Source: a virus
Lineage: Duplodnaviria > Caudoviricetes
Virus record (IMG/VR): IMGVR_UViG_3300031454_000006
Coordinates: 1-50,058 of that record
Strand: one strand, 5' to 3'
Length of the DNA: 50,058 nt
Every line of letters starts with the position of its first letter. The stretch's first letter is position 1. Below are positions 1 through 9,300 of the stretch, piece by piece. Under the pieces are notes generated by a model. The model did not search any database. It saw only the letters and a program-made list of their open reading frames with translations, and had not been told where the DNA came from. The translations under genes were made by a program, and so were the position numbers.

Positions 1-2168
1 CCGTGTCCGGCGTTCGATTCGATGAGCATATTCCGAAAAATCATAATATTGTTGTTCATATTATAATCGAGCAGAAAGCGGTTGGTTTCCATCTTTACGC
101 CGTCGCCGGCAAAGCCGATGACCCTGATATTCTCGAAGACTGAGCCGGCGGCGAAATTTCCTGTTATCCCGGCAGCCGTATTAAGCCGAACGGGAATGGC
201 AGTGCCTGAGGTAGGTTTGAGCGATTGAACAATCGCCAGAACCGAAACTTTTCCCGTAAACGAGGCGGCATCAAGCGGGGCTGACAATTTAACGCCGTTG
301 GTCGGATACAGATTGCTGCCGCCTTCGCCCTCGCTCGCATTAAACGCCAGAATCGTCCGGTCCTGGACTGTTCCGTTTACATAGACTTTAACGGGCTGTC
401 CGACTATCAGATTGCCCGTGTTGATGGCGGAGGCATTCGGCGCAAGCCACTCGTAACCTGAATTGGCGTAAGCGACAAACTGCGGCTTGTCGTAATCGAC
501 GCTGCGGGCATTAGTAACGTAAATGGTCTGGTCGTTGCGAGCCGCATTGTTAGGGTCGGTGATAATGGCGGCTGGCAGAGCCGTATTGAGAACAGCCGTA
601 AACTGGTCTGTAACCGAAACGATTTTCGCGCTGAAATTAAAAGGCAACAGATGAACGTCCGCTCCGGCGTCGTTATAACCGTTGAGATTAAAGAGCGGAA
701 TTGACGAACGCAGCGTGGTCGTCGCGCCTTGCGCCGCTGCTGCCGCATAAACTCTCCGCCTTCGGACAACGACTGTCATTTTGCCGTTGTCGAGCGTTAC
801 GCAAGTTCCGTCCGTTACGGGCTGCGAGAAGTCTCTGCCCGATGCGTATTCCAAAGTTTGACCGACGACATTGACGCTCGAATCGGTGTAATACGTCTGG
901 TCGCTTCGTATCTCGAAATCCTTATAGACGTTGCCGGTCGCCCTCTGCCGCTCGAAATTGTTTTGATAATCGGCGGAGATGATGATTCCGTTTTTCCCTT
1001 TCGGGAAATACAATCTTGTTCCCTGCGCCCAGAAAACGGATTGCCCGGTTCCGCGAATCGACAGCGCCTTTTTGATTACCACTTCGTCCGAGATATAAAA
1101 ATCGCCGGTTGGAAATCTGATAATTGTTCCCTGATAAGAGTAATCCTGCACCTGTCGCCGGAAGGACGCCATTATTAAATTAACGACGGGTAAAGTATCG
1201 GTATTCTGCGCGTAGGCGGCTGGGTCGTAAGTGGTCATCGCCTGCGCGCCGAACCAGCACGGGGAAAGTTCGCTAGGCATTTTTAACCCGAATTTCAAAT
1301 CGCCCGGCGTAAAACCCGTAAAGCAGATTTGATATTCATCGTCGCAAGTAAAATTGAGTGCGGATAATTTGCCCGCGCCGGTTTTATTAACCCGTCCGCC
1401 GCCGACAAAAAACAAAACGATATTTGAAGGCTGTGCTAAATCGGTCGAAACCGGAACGACGGAATTTACCATTAAGGTTGTCGGGGCTGTGCCGATTGCC
1501 GTAAATGCCGCTTCGAGAGTGGTGTAGCCGCTCGTTGCGACCAGATTCCCGCCTTGAACCGTCGTGTTGTAAGTTCCTCCGCTTGCGCCGCCAGCCGCGT
1601 TCAAAGTCGAGGTTGCGCTGTCTAACGTCAGGTTCGTGCCTAAAATTATTTCCTGTATCGCGCCCGCAATTCCGGCGCGGCCAAGCAGTTTGTTTGCCGC
1701 AATGTCTTGAATTTTAGCGAAAGTCGCGGCTCTGTCGGCAATTTTGGCAGTCGTTACCGAGCCGTCGGCGATTGCGCTGCTGGTGCCTGCGGCGTGCAGG
1801 ACGCCTGTCGCGTCAACGCTCAAATTGGAGCCGAGCAGTATATTTTGAGGCGAGCCGGAGCCCGCGCCGCGCCCTACAAGCGACTGCGGATTGAGGTCGG
1901 GCAATTTCGGCAGCGTCACATTCTTATCGGCAATTTTGAGAGTTGTAACAGAGCCGTCCGCGATTGTGCCGCCCGTGCTTTCGGCTTTGGTTATCCACGC
2001 CGTATTATCGGCACTCCGGCGTTTCCAGACCCACCCGCCGCCGCTTGTGTCAATCCAGATTTTACCGGCTAACACCTGATTCGGCGTGTCGAGCGCGGGG
2101 TCGGTGGTTTGAACGAATGACGCGAGCATCACGTCGGTTGAATTTTCGTATAATCGTTTGTTTGCCAT
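1..2168 (-). CDS. Tailspike/tail fibre, probable beta-helix depolymerase (runs off the left edge)
   Basis: Not in the ORF track because it has no stop in the window. Hand translation from ATG 2168 is open for 722 codons (MANKRLYENSTD...). Repeats IADGSVTTxKIAD twice; pectate-lyase-3-like motifs PCWFGA and IIRFPTGDFYIS; last tail gene seen. Confidence 0.8.
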   Translation of the reverse strand, partial: MANKRLYENSTDVMLASFVQTTDPALDTPNQVLAGKIWIDTSGGGWVWKRRSADNTAWITKAESTGGTIADGSVTTLKIADKNVTLPKLPDLNPQSLVGRGAGSGSPQNILLGSNLSVDATGVLHAAGTSSAIADGSVTTAKIADRAATFAKIQDIAANKLLGRAGIAGAIQEIILGTNLTLDSATSTLNAAGGASGGTYNTTVQGGNLVATSGYTTLEAAFTAIGTAPTTLMVNSVVPVSTDLAQPSNIVLFFVGGGRVNKTGAGKLSALNFTCDDEYQICFTGFTPGDLKFGLKMPSELSPCWFGAQAMTTYDPAAYAQNTDTLPVVNLIMASFRRQVQDYSYQGTIIRFPTGDFYISDEVVIKKALSIRGTGQSVFWAQGTRLYFPKGKNGIIISADYQNNFERQRATGNVYKDFEIRSDQTYYTDSSVNVVGQTLEYASGRDFSQPVTDGTCVTLDNGKMTVVVRRRRVYAAAAAQGATTTLRSSIPLFNLNGYNDAGADVHLLPFNFSAKIVSVTDQFTAVLNTALPAAIITDPNNAARNDQTIYVTNARSVDYDKPQFVAYANSGYEWLAPNASAINTGNLIVGQPVKVYVNGTVQDRTILAFNASEGEGGSNLYPTNGVKLSAPLDAASFTGKVSVLAIVQSLKPTSGTAIPVRLNTAAGITGNFAAGSVFENIRVIGFAGDGVKMETNRFLLDYNMNNNIMIFRNMLIESNAGH

Positions 2169-2177
2169 ATTTTCCTC

Positions 2178-3548
2178 TTAAAAATTGTTTGCCGTGTAAA
2201 AATTGCCCTGCGCGTCCGTGTATTGATTGCCCGCCGCATCCGTGTAATAGAGCGTTTGGTCTTGAACCGGCTGCGACGATTGCGGGTAAAGCGTCGCGGT
2301 TTCGATTGCCGTGTAAGCCGATTCGCCGCTTAAATTGTATGCCAGGATTTTTACCCGGTATTCGGTGTAATATTCCTGCGATTTGAAAATCGCGCTTCCC
2401 TGATTGCCGATATCGAAGATTTCGCCGTTTTTCCAGATTTTGTAGCCGATTGCGCCCGCCGTCGTGTTCCAGGAAAGGGTCAAACGGTCGGGAGCGCCCG
2501 CGCTGCCGGGCGTTACGACTAAACCGGTCGGAACGCCCGGCGAATTGCCGATGAGGGTGTCCGGCATCTGCGGAATCACTCCCGCGCTTAATACGTTCGC
2601 CTCTGCGACGGGAAATGAGTAATCGAACAGATTGATGCTGCCCGAATAGGCGAAATCCGTCTCGACCGGCAGCTCGACAATCGTATCGACGGGCGGATAC
2701 AGGTTGTAATCGCGGTAAAGGAAAGTTTTCGACAGATAAAAATCGTTCCAGAACGCTTCGGATTTTTCGAGTTCCTTTTGAGAACGCAAGCCGAATTTCA
2801 AATCGAAGGATTTTCTGGCGCGGTCTTTGACGCGGGCTTTTACCGCGCCGGAAATCGAGCGGCTGTAAAGAACCCGTCGGCGAAGCGTTACGGCGTCTGT
2901 CTTTGACCCTTGAGCCGGAAAGACGTTTTCGAGCGGCAGAGCGTAGGAATTAGCAATCGCGGCGTAATTATCCCGAATTTCGGACTCGCAGAAATAGCCG
3001 CTGTATAACGCCACAAGCGCGACCGAGCCGTTTAATTTGCGGTCGGCAAAATTTCTGTCGCCGCCGAGCTGCACGCCGTCGGCTTTAAGGTTTTGAGCAA
3101 ACCGGAAAAAGACGATGCCGTAACGGCTGACGGGCGCGGGCGCGTTTGTCAGCGGATAAATTCTGTCGTCGAGGCGAAACTCGAAATATTTATAATCGAA
3201 GGGAAAAAATCTGTCCTGCCAGAATTTATTGCCGACTAAGATGCCTTCGGTCAAGGTGGTCAAAATTCCGCTGTAATCGGTGAAATCGCCGTTTATCCGG
3301 CAGACGATAAAGCCGCATTTGATTGAAATATCGCCTGTATAACGAAGCGGATTCTTTGTGCCGTCCCAGACGACTTCCTTTTTACCGCCGACCGCGCCGT
3401 ATTTTACAACCGGCGGATTCGCCGCGGCGGTCAGATGGCGATTATGTCCGCTCCGGTCGGTAAAAACGGAAACCGCTCCGCCATCGGCGACGCTCAGCCG
3501 GTCAGCTTCGAGAAACAACTCCAGATTTTTCGTCAGCAATGCGGTCAT
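2178..3548 (-). CDS. Distal-tail-like protein with N-terminal LamG/ConA-like domain and C-terminal FN3 domain
   Basis: LFLEAD...VSVFTDRSGHNRHL LamG-type start; central RKSFDLKF..FW..TFLYRD resembles gpM/DUF2460; PGVPTGL..LSW..GYKI..EYRVKILAYN..GES is FN3. Confidence 0.65.
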   Translation of the reverse strand: MTALLTKNLELFLEADRLSVADGGAVSVFTDRSGHNRHLTAAANPPVVKYGAVGGKKEVVWDGTKNPLRYTGDISIKCGFIVCRINGDFTDYSGILTTLTEGILVGNKFWQDRFFPFDYKYFEFRLDDRIYPLTNAPAPVSRYGIVFFRFAQNLKADGVQLGGDRNFADRKLNGSVALVALYSGYFCESEIRDNYAAIANSYALPLENVFPAQGSKTDAVTLRRRVLYSRSISGAVKARVKDRARKSFDLKFGLRSQKELEKSEAFWNDFYLSKTFLYRDYNLYPPVDTIVELPVETDFAYSGSINLFDYSFPVAEANVLSAGVIPQMPDTLIGNSPGVPTGLVVTPGSAGAPDRLTLSWNTTAGAIGYKIWKNGEIFDIGNQGSAIFKSQEYYTEYRVKILAYNLSGESAYTAIETATLYPQSSQPVQDQTLYYTDAAGNQYTDAQGNFYTANNF

Positions 3549-3551
3549 TAT

Positions 3552-5195
3552 CTATATCCACTCCTGAAGCGTAAAATTCCGCTCGTCCGCCGTATCTTCC
3601 CCGGACGCGTCGTTTGATTGGGTAACCAGAAACTCTTTATTTACCCAGTCGTAAATCTCCGTGGTCAGAGAAACGCGGTCGCCGCCCAAAACGGGAAAGG
3701 TCTCAGGCGCGCCGACAATCTCAATCGGCAGGCTGTCGCAGACGCGTTCCGCTATCCGGTTGAGCAGTCGCCACGCCTGGTGGCGCGAGCAGTTGAACAG
3801 CTGCAAATCGTCGCCGTCAATCGGTCTGCCCGCCAATTGCTGAAGCGCGAGCCGCTCGACCAGAATCGGCGATTTGGGCGGCTCTAAAAAGCGCGAGTCA
3901 ATATCGCGGAATCCGGCGCGAAAACGGTTGCGAATCGAAACTTTATCGAGCGGCTTTAAGCGGATTGAAAGAATATCGTTTTCGCTGAAATCAAAGCTGC
4001 TTTCCGTTAATTGCTCCAGACAAAAAAACCGATATTTGCCGCCCACCTTCTGATACGTCGAATTGCACAGATTCAAAACCGTCCGCACGGCTTCGTCAAG
4101 CCGCGTTTGCGTTGAAAAATACGGATGAATTTCGTAACGCGGTCTCATTTCCGCTTTCGGATACAAATATTTCGACGGCACAACTTCGCGCGCCTGCGAC
4201 GCCGACTGCCATTCGAGCTGGAGTTCGCCCTCGCCAGTCGTTCCTTTATTCCACTCGATGGACACGTCCATAAAAACGCCCGCGCCGGTTGGCGTGAAAA
4301 CTCCCTGATGGGTTCCGGGAGGCGTCGTGCCGTCAGGCAGAAATTCATTGACAATCACCGAATTATTATTTACCGTCAGCCGTCCGCCGTTTGTATGCGT
4401 CAGGTAAAACGTATATTGCTCGTTGTATTTGAGCTTTATATGACCCTCGAATTTCGCCGAAAATAAAGCCGCGTTCAAGTTGTAAGCGGGCGCGCCGTCG
4501 GACGGCGGATACGCGATTAAGTTATCGACGCGTTTTGAATGAAAGGTGTTGAAATTCGTTCCCGAAAAGTAAGTCGCCGTCAGCCCGAAGCCGTCGAAAT
4601 CGGGAATTGCGCGGTAATCGCAAAGAATCAGTCCGGCGTGAAAATCGCGGAAATCGGCGAGCGCGCCGAAATCAATGAGCGACGGATTACGTTTGCCCTG
4701 CTTCAAAATCAAATCGGCGATAATTCTGGCTGGGTTCGGCGAATACGAGTAATCGATAATCGCGCCGCTGCGGTCGTAATCGTTGATTTTCTTTGTTTTG
4801 AAATATCCCTGAAAACCAACCGGCGGATTGTTTTTCGTGTCCGCTTCACCGACTCCGACCGGCAAAGTAAAACGCATCCACGGCGTTCCCGAATGCGGCA
4901 CGTCGGTCGAAAAAACCGTATCGACGCCTTGAGAAGGGTCATCATTGCCGGACGATAATTTGCCCGGATGAAAAAACCAGTCAGCCGGCGGAATCGAGAG
5001 GTTGTTCCAGTAAACGCCGCGCGAAACGCCTTCCCATTCGTCTCGCCCTAAAATCTGCTGCACCGTGATTTGATGATTCGGGTCAGAGCCGACGATGACG
5101 GATTTCGCCGCCGTGCCGTTTACGACGTGTTCGCCGTAAGCGACGGTGCGAAAAAGTGCGCTCGCGTCCAGATTTTTAAGATGGTCAATCAGCAT
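3552..5195 (-). CDS. Tail tip (gpJ/Tal-like) protein with inserted PA14 domain
   Basis: VAYGEHVVNG, YSPNPARIIADLI and IDFGAL tail-tip motifs; GLTATYF..FSAKFEGHI..YTFYL..GGRLTVN..LQLEWQS..EVVPSKYL is PA14-like. Confidence 0.75.
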   Translation of the reverse strand: MLIDHLKNLDASALFRTVAYGEHVVNGTAAKSVIVGSDPNHQITVQQILGRDEWEGVSRGVYWNNLSIPPADWFFHPGKLSSGNDDPSQGVDTVFSTDVPHSGTPWMRFTLPVGVGEADTKNNPPVGFQGYFKTKKINDYDRSGAIIDYSYSPNPARIIADLILKQGKRNPSLIDFGALADFRDFHAGLILCDYRAIPDFDGFGLTATYFSGTNFNTFHSKRVDNLIAYPPSDGAPAYNLNAALFSAKFEGHIKLKYNEQYTFYLTHTNGGRLTVNNNSVIVNEFLPDGTTPPGTHQGVFTPTGAGVFMDVSIEWNKGTTGEGELQLEWQSASQAREVVPSKYLYPKAEMRPRYEIHPYFSTQTRLDEAVRTVLNLCNSTYQKVGGKYRFFCLEQLTESSFDFSENDILSIRLKPLDKVSIRNRFRAGFRDIDSRFLEPPKSPILVERLALQQLAGRPIDGDDLQLFNCSRHQAWRLLNRIAERVCDSLPIEIVGAPETFPVLGGDRVSLTTEIYDWVNKEFLVTQSNDASGEDTADERNFTLQEWI

Positions 5196-5200
5196 AATTA

Positions 5201-6307
5201 TTAATAATAATTCCGAAATAAATCGATGTCCTCTTTTGTGTTGTGAACCGCGAAACCGTTTGCGAAATACGTGTGATTCCGCGCGACGCGCAGGTTATAA
5301 ACACGCGCCTGCTTTGAGACCCGATTCCGTTTTTCGAGCGTTATTTCGATTAGATTTTCACCCGCGCGGAAGAAAACCGTTTGCCCGATTCTTAGATTTC
5401 CCGCCGCCGTAAATTCATTTATCGCAGTTAAAAACGGATGCTCCGGCGTTACGGAAACTCGCGCGCCCGACGCGAAAATCAATTCAAAATATTCGTCTGC
5501 GATGTGTTCGGGCGTCGCCAGAATCGTGTCGGTCTCCATTTCAAGAGTTTCGGGATTGAAGCTGTAAATTTCGTCTCGCGTCTCGACTTTCTCTATCGGA
5601 CGCGCGCCGGACGGCGTGTCAATTAATGTTCCGGCTATAAAACAAGTGCCGCCGCCGCTTCCGCCGCCGCTTCCGCCGCCCGAACCGCCGCCGAGACCGC
5701 CGCCCGTCTGGTCGGGCAAGGTCGAAACCGTCTCAATGACGGATTCCATTCCGGCGAAACGATGAAGAATACGGCAGGTTTCCAGATTGTGGCTGCACGG
5801 CGGCGCGTCTCCCGTGTAACCGCATTCAAAACCCTTAAAGACGAGCGGACACTGCGGCTCAAGCGTTTGATTCGCCACGCAGTAACCGGCGGCAACCAGG
5901 TCGTCAACGATTTCAATCGCCGCGTCCGTAATTCCCACTTCGGTCGGTTTGGCTTCACCGCGAAAAAGCTCGACCCAGCCGTTTTTCGACGAATCCGACT
6001 TATCCTGGTAGTATCTGCCGACAATCGCTTCGGCTCTATCAATGTCTCCGCTCAAGATTTGTCTGCCGATTTGCTTATCGACATTCGAGATTTGCGAATT
6101 CGTTCTATCGACGTTCGAGAAAGCCGACTGGACTATCTCGCCGGTTTTTAGTAAATCGCCGTTATAGCTCTGCCCGCTCACGGCTAGTTTGCGCGTCGCG
6201 ATGCGAATCACCTCGCCGTTCAGAAGGCGCAATTCGAGCGTGCTTTGCGTCTCGCACGCCTCTAAGTCGAGTAAGTCCTGAATTGTTTGGCTAACCGGTC
6301 TGCCCAT
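5201..6307 (-). CDS. gpL/DUF2163-like tail hub protein fused to a Hint (intein-like) domain
   Basis: Follows tape measure; C..FKGFECGY..C..C..RFAG cysteine motif, GGGS linker, then CFIAGT...TPEHPF...VYNLRV..HTYFANGFAVHN. Confidence 0.85.
   Translation of the reverse strand: MGRPVSQTIQDLLDLEACETQSTLELRLLNGEVIRIATRKLAVSGQSYNGDLLKTGEIVQSAFSNVDRTNSQISNVDKQIGRQILSGDIDRAEAIVGRYYQDKSDSSKNGWVELFRGEAKPTEVGITDAAIEIVDDLVAAGYCVANQTLEPQCPLVFKGFECGYTGDAPPCSHNLETCRILHRFAGMESVIETVSTLPDQTGGGLGGGSGGGSGGGSGGGTCFIAGTLIDTPSGARPIEKVETRDEIYSFNPETLEMETDTILATPEHIADEYFELIFASGARVSVTPEHPFLTAINEFTAAGNLRIGQTVFFRAGENLIEITLEKRNRVSKQARVYNLRVARNHTYFANGFAVHNTKEDIDLFRNYY
5240..5644 (-). other. Hint/mini-intein domain (Cys222-Asn356, +1 Thr)
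   Basis: Block A Cys, block B TxxH, block F VYNL, block G HN followed by Thr; 135 aa, no endonuclease. Confidence 0.9.
5648..5705 (-). repeat. Imperfect 12-bp tandem repeat encoding a (GGGS)n linker
   Basis: Encodes GGGLGGGSGGGSGGGSGGG immediately before the Hint Cys. Confidence 0.85.
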
Positions 6308-6314
6308 TTTATCC

Positions 6315-9300
6315 TTATCGTTTCTGCAATCTTAATTCGCTGTTGGCGTATTTTTTCTCTACCACGTTAGTCGTAACCTTTTGCCCTGAATCCGACTCGG
6401 CGTGCGCTTTCCAGCGTCCGAAGCTGTCTTGTTCGACATTGACCGTCACATTTATCGGTCGTTCATCTTTAACAATTACGGACGACGAATTCGGCGCGGC
6501 AATCGGTGTAATCGCGCTCGTTCCGAAATAATTCCCTTCGGCGTATCCTTTTACCGGCTGCGGCTTACCCGGATAATTCGGAATTCCGGCTGACGCGAAA
6601 ACGTCGAAACCCGCCGCTTCGATTATTCTGCGCTGATGGTCAAGGTTCGCGATTATCTCGCCGTCAGCAAAAAGCCCTAAATGCCGGTCAACTCCCAATT
6701 GCCCGCCGTTAATATATCCGCGCCGCATATCCAGGTTTCGGCGCATATCGCGCGTCTGGTCGTCCCGTCCTCCGCCGAAGTAATTTCCGCGCGCGAATTC
6801 GCCGACGATATGACCTTCCAAATCCTTGACCGATGCCGATTTTTTAGCGACGGCTTCGAGTAAATCCATTTTTTCGCGGATACGAAAATCAAGCTCGCTG
6901 ACGGATTTCAAAGCAATGTTTCGGGTTTTCTTGTCCTTCAGCGTATTCGCCTGCTGAATATACGACGCGTGCAGACTGTCGCCGAGAGTTTTGCCCTGAA
7001 GCAGACCGCTCGCCGGGTCGAGATGGAGGCTTCTGACTGCCTGAATTATCGTGTCAAACCCGGAAAGCCCGTTGATGCCGTCCTGCAGAAACTGCGTTCT
7101 TTGTTTCTCCTCCGATTTTCGGCGAGCATTGCGCCGCAGCGTTGCGCTTAGAAAACCGATTACCCCTCCGGTTGCCGCGCCGACGAGCGGCGAGTGTGTC
7201 GAGAGAGCGACCTGAGCCAGCATAATCGCCGCCGTAATGCCGCCGGACGCGATTGCCGACGAGATGCCTTCGGCTGAAAACAACCCGGACAGCGGACTTT
7301 GCGAACCCGATTGACCGGCGATGCGCGGGCGTGTTCCTGTCGAGCCGGTTCCGCCCAGACCGAAGGTTATGCCGCCGCCTCCGCTTGAGCCGCCGCCGAG
7401 AAAACTTTGAATAATGCCGCCGACGCCTCCGCCTGAAGACGAACCGGAACTTTGACCGCCGCCGAGAAAATTTTTAATGATGCCGCCAATTCCGCCGCCG
7501 CCTGATGACGACGAGCCGCCCATAACTTTATTGGTTAGCCACTGACTTGCCATATCGAGCAGCATCTTTTTAAATTTATCGGCAATTCCGCCGAAAATCG
7601 ACTTCATTTTGTCGCCGAACGATTTACCTTTCTCGGTTAAAATATCGAATGAACCTCGAATAAAATCATAGGTCTGCTTGTATTGCTCGTTATATGCTTT
7701 CTGCGCGTCAACCTGTTTTGCGGTGTTGAGCAGGCTTTCCCTCTGCGCCGGAGAAATATCTTTATAATCAGTGTTTATCTTTGAGAGCGTTTTTTCATAC
7801 TCGCTTATTTCTCGATTGCCGTTTTGCAGCCCGGATAATTTATCTGTTAAACCAGTGCCTAAATCTGTCGCTCCGGCAACCTGTTTGCGGATATTTAAGA
7901 TGTATTCAAGTTCCTGCCGTCTGCCCTGTTCAAGCCGCAGAACTTGCGCCGCATCGTCAATCGCCTGTTGACCGTAACCGTCGTTATACATCTGCTCACG
8001 AAGATTTTTTATTTCGTATAAATTTGTAATGCGCTCTCGTTCTTTTTGACCAGCGACGCCCGTTAAATCAATTTCTTCTTGGAGTTTAAGCAGTTCAAGA
8101 GCGCCGCTTTCCTTTATTGATTTGATTTTATCTTCAAGAGATTTTTGAGATTCCGCTTCGAGCTGCTGAACCTCCTGGCGAATACCCGCAAGTTCTTCGA
8201 GCGATTTATTAAAATCATCCTGCGCCGCTTTTTTTGCCTGCAAGTCTTTTAATTCGCGGTCTGTTCCCGATACGGTTGTCGGCAGATTTCTATACTGATT
8301 AACGCCGAGTTCGCCGCGCAGTTTAATGATTTCGCTTTGATTGCCCGTCGCATTTTTAATAGTGTCTGCCTGCTGAATACGCCCGACTTGCTGCGGTGAC
8401 GCGCCTGCCAGTTTTTCAAATTCTTTGACGGCTTCGCGCAACTGTTTAATCGTTTCGTCGCCGAGTTTTTTCGCCGCCTTTTTGACCCGTTCGGTTTTGC
8501 TTTCAATACCATTGGCTAAACCGTCGCCCACGAATGCGCCGATTTTATGCGCTTCTCTGGACGGCGAATGAGAATCAACCGCTTCGCCGATTGCATTGAT
8601 AGCCCGCTTGCCTAAATCCCACGCCGCCGAAGCTATCGCGCCGACACCGGCTTTTATTCCGTTGATAATGCCGGTAACAACGGCTGCACCCAAATCGTAT
8701 GCTTGCTGAAGAATGAAGCCGGCAAGCGCCCAAATACCGGCTAAACCGGCGCGAACCGCTCCGACTACAAGAATCAAACCGGCAGCGATGACACCGGCGA
8801 CCGCGTGCAGCGCGCCGTTCACGATAGAATTCAGCCCTGACCAAACAGCCGACCAATCGCCGTTAATAACGGCTGCTGCAACTTTGATAAGTCCGCCGAT
8901 AACTTCCAACGCGCCGCCGATTGTAACTTTTACTGCGTTCCAAATCTCCGTCGTATATGAAGTTATCCACGCGCCGTTGCTCGCCCAAAAATCCTTTATC
9001 GCGTCGAGCGCCTCACGAACAATAGTCAACAAAGTTGCATATACAGTCGTCGCCGCCTCGTTTATCGCTGCGCCGTTCGTCGCCCACCATTCGCTTATTT
9101 GATTAAATCCTTCCGTTACATAACTCGAAACCGCGTCAACGGCTGGCTGAACTATTGACAGTAATGAGTTGAACGATGCGCTTACCATACCGATAAAAAC
9201 CGAAACGACTCCCTGAATGTTGCCGAAGTTGTTCGCCCACGCTTCATACAAAGCAACTGCTGCCACAGCTAAAACGCCGATTACGGCGACGACGCCAAGA

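Noticed and set aside
7360-7520. Gly/Ser-rich repeats in tape measure C-terminus as a separate element
   Set aside because: In-frame low-complexity segments typical of tape measure proteins.
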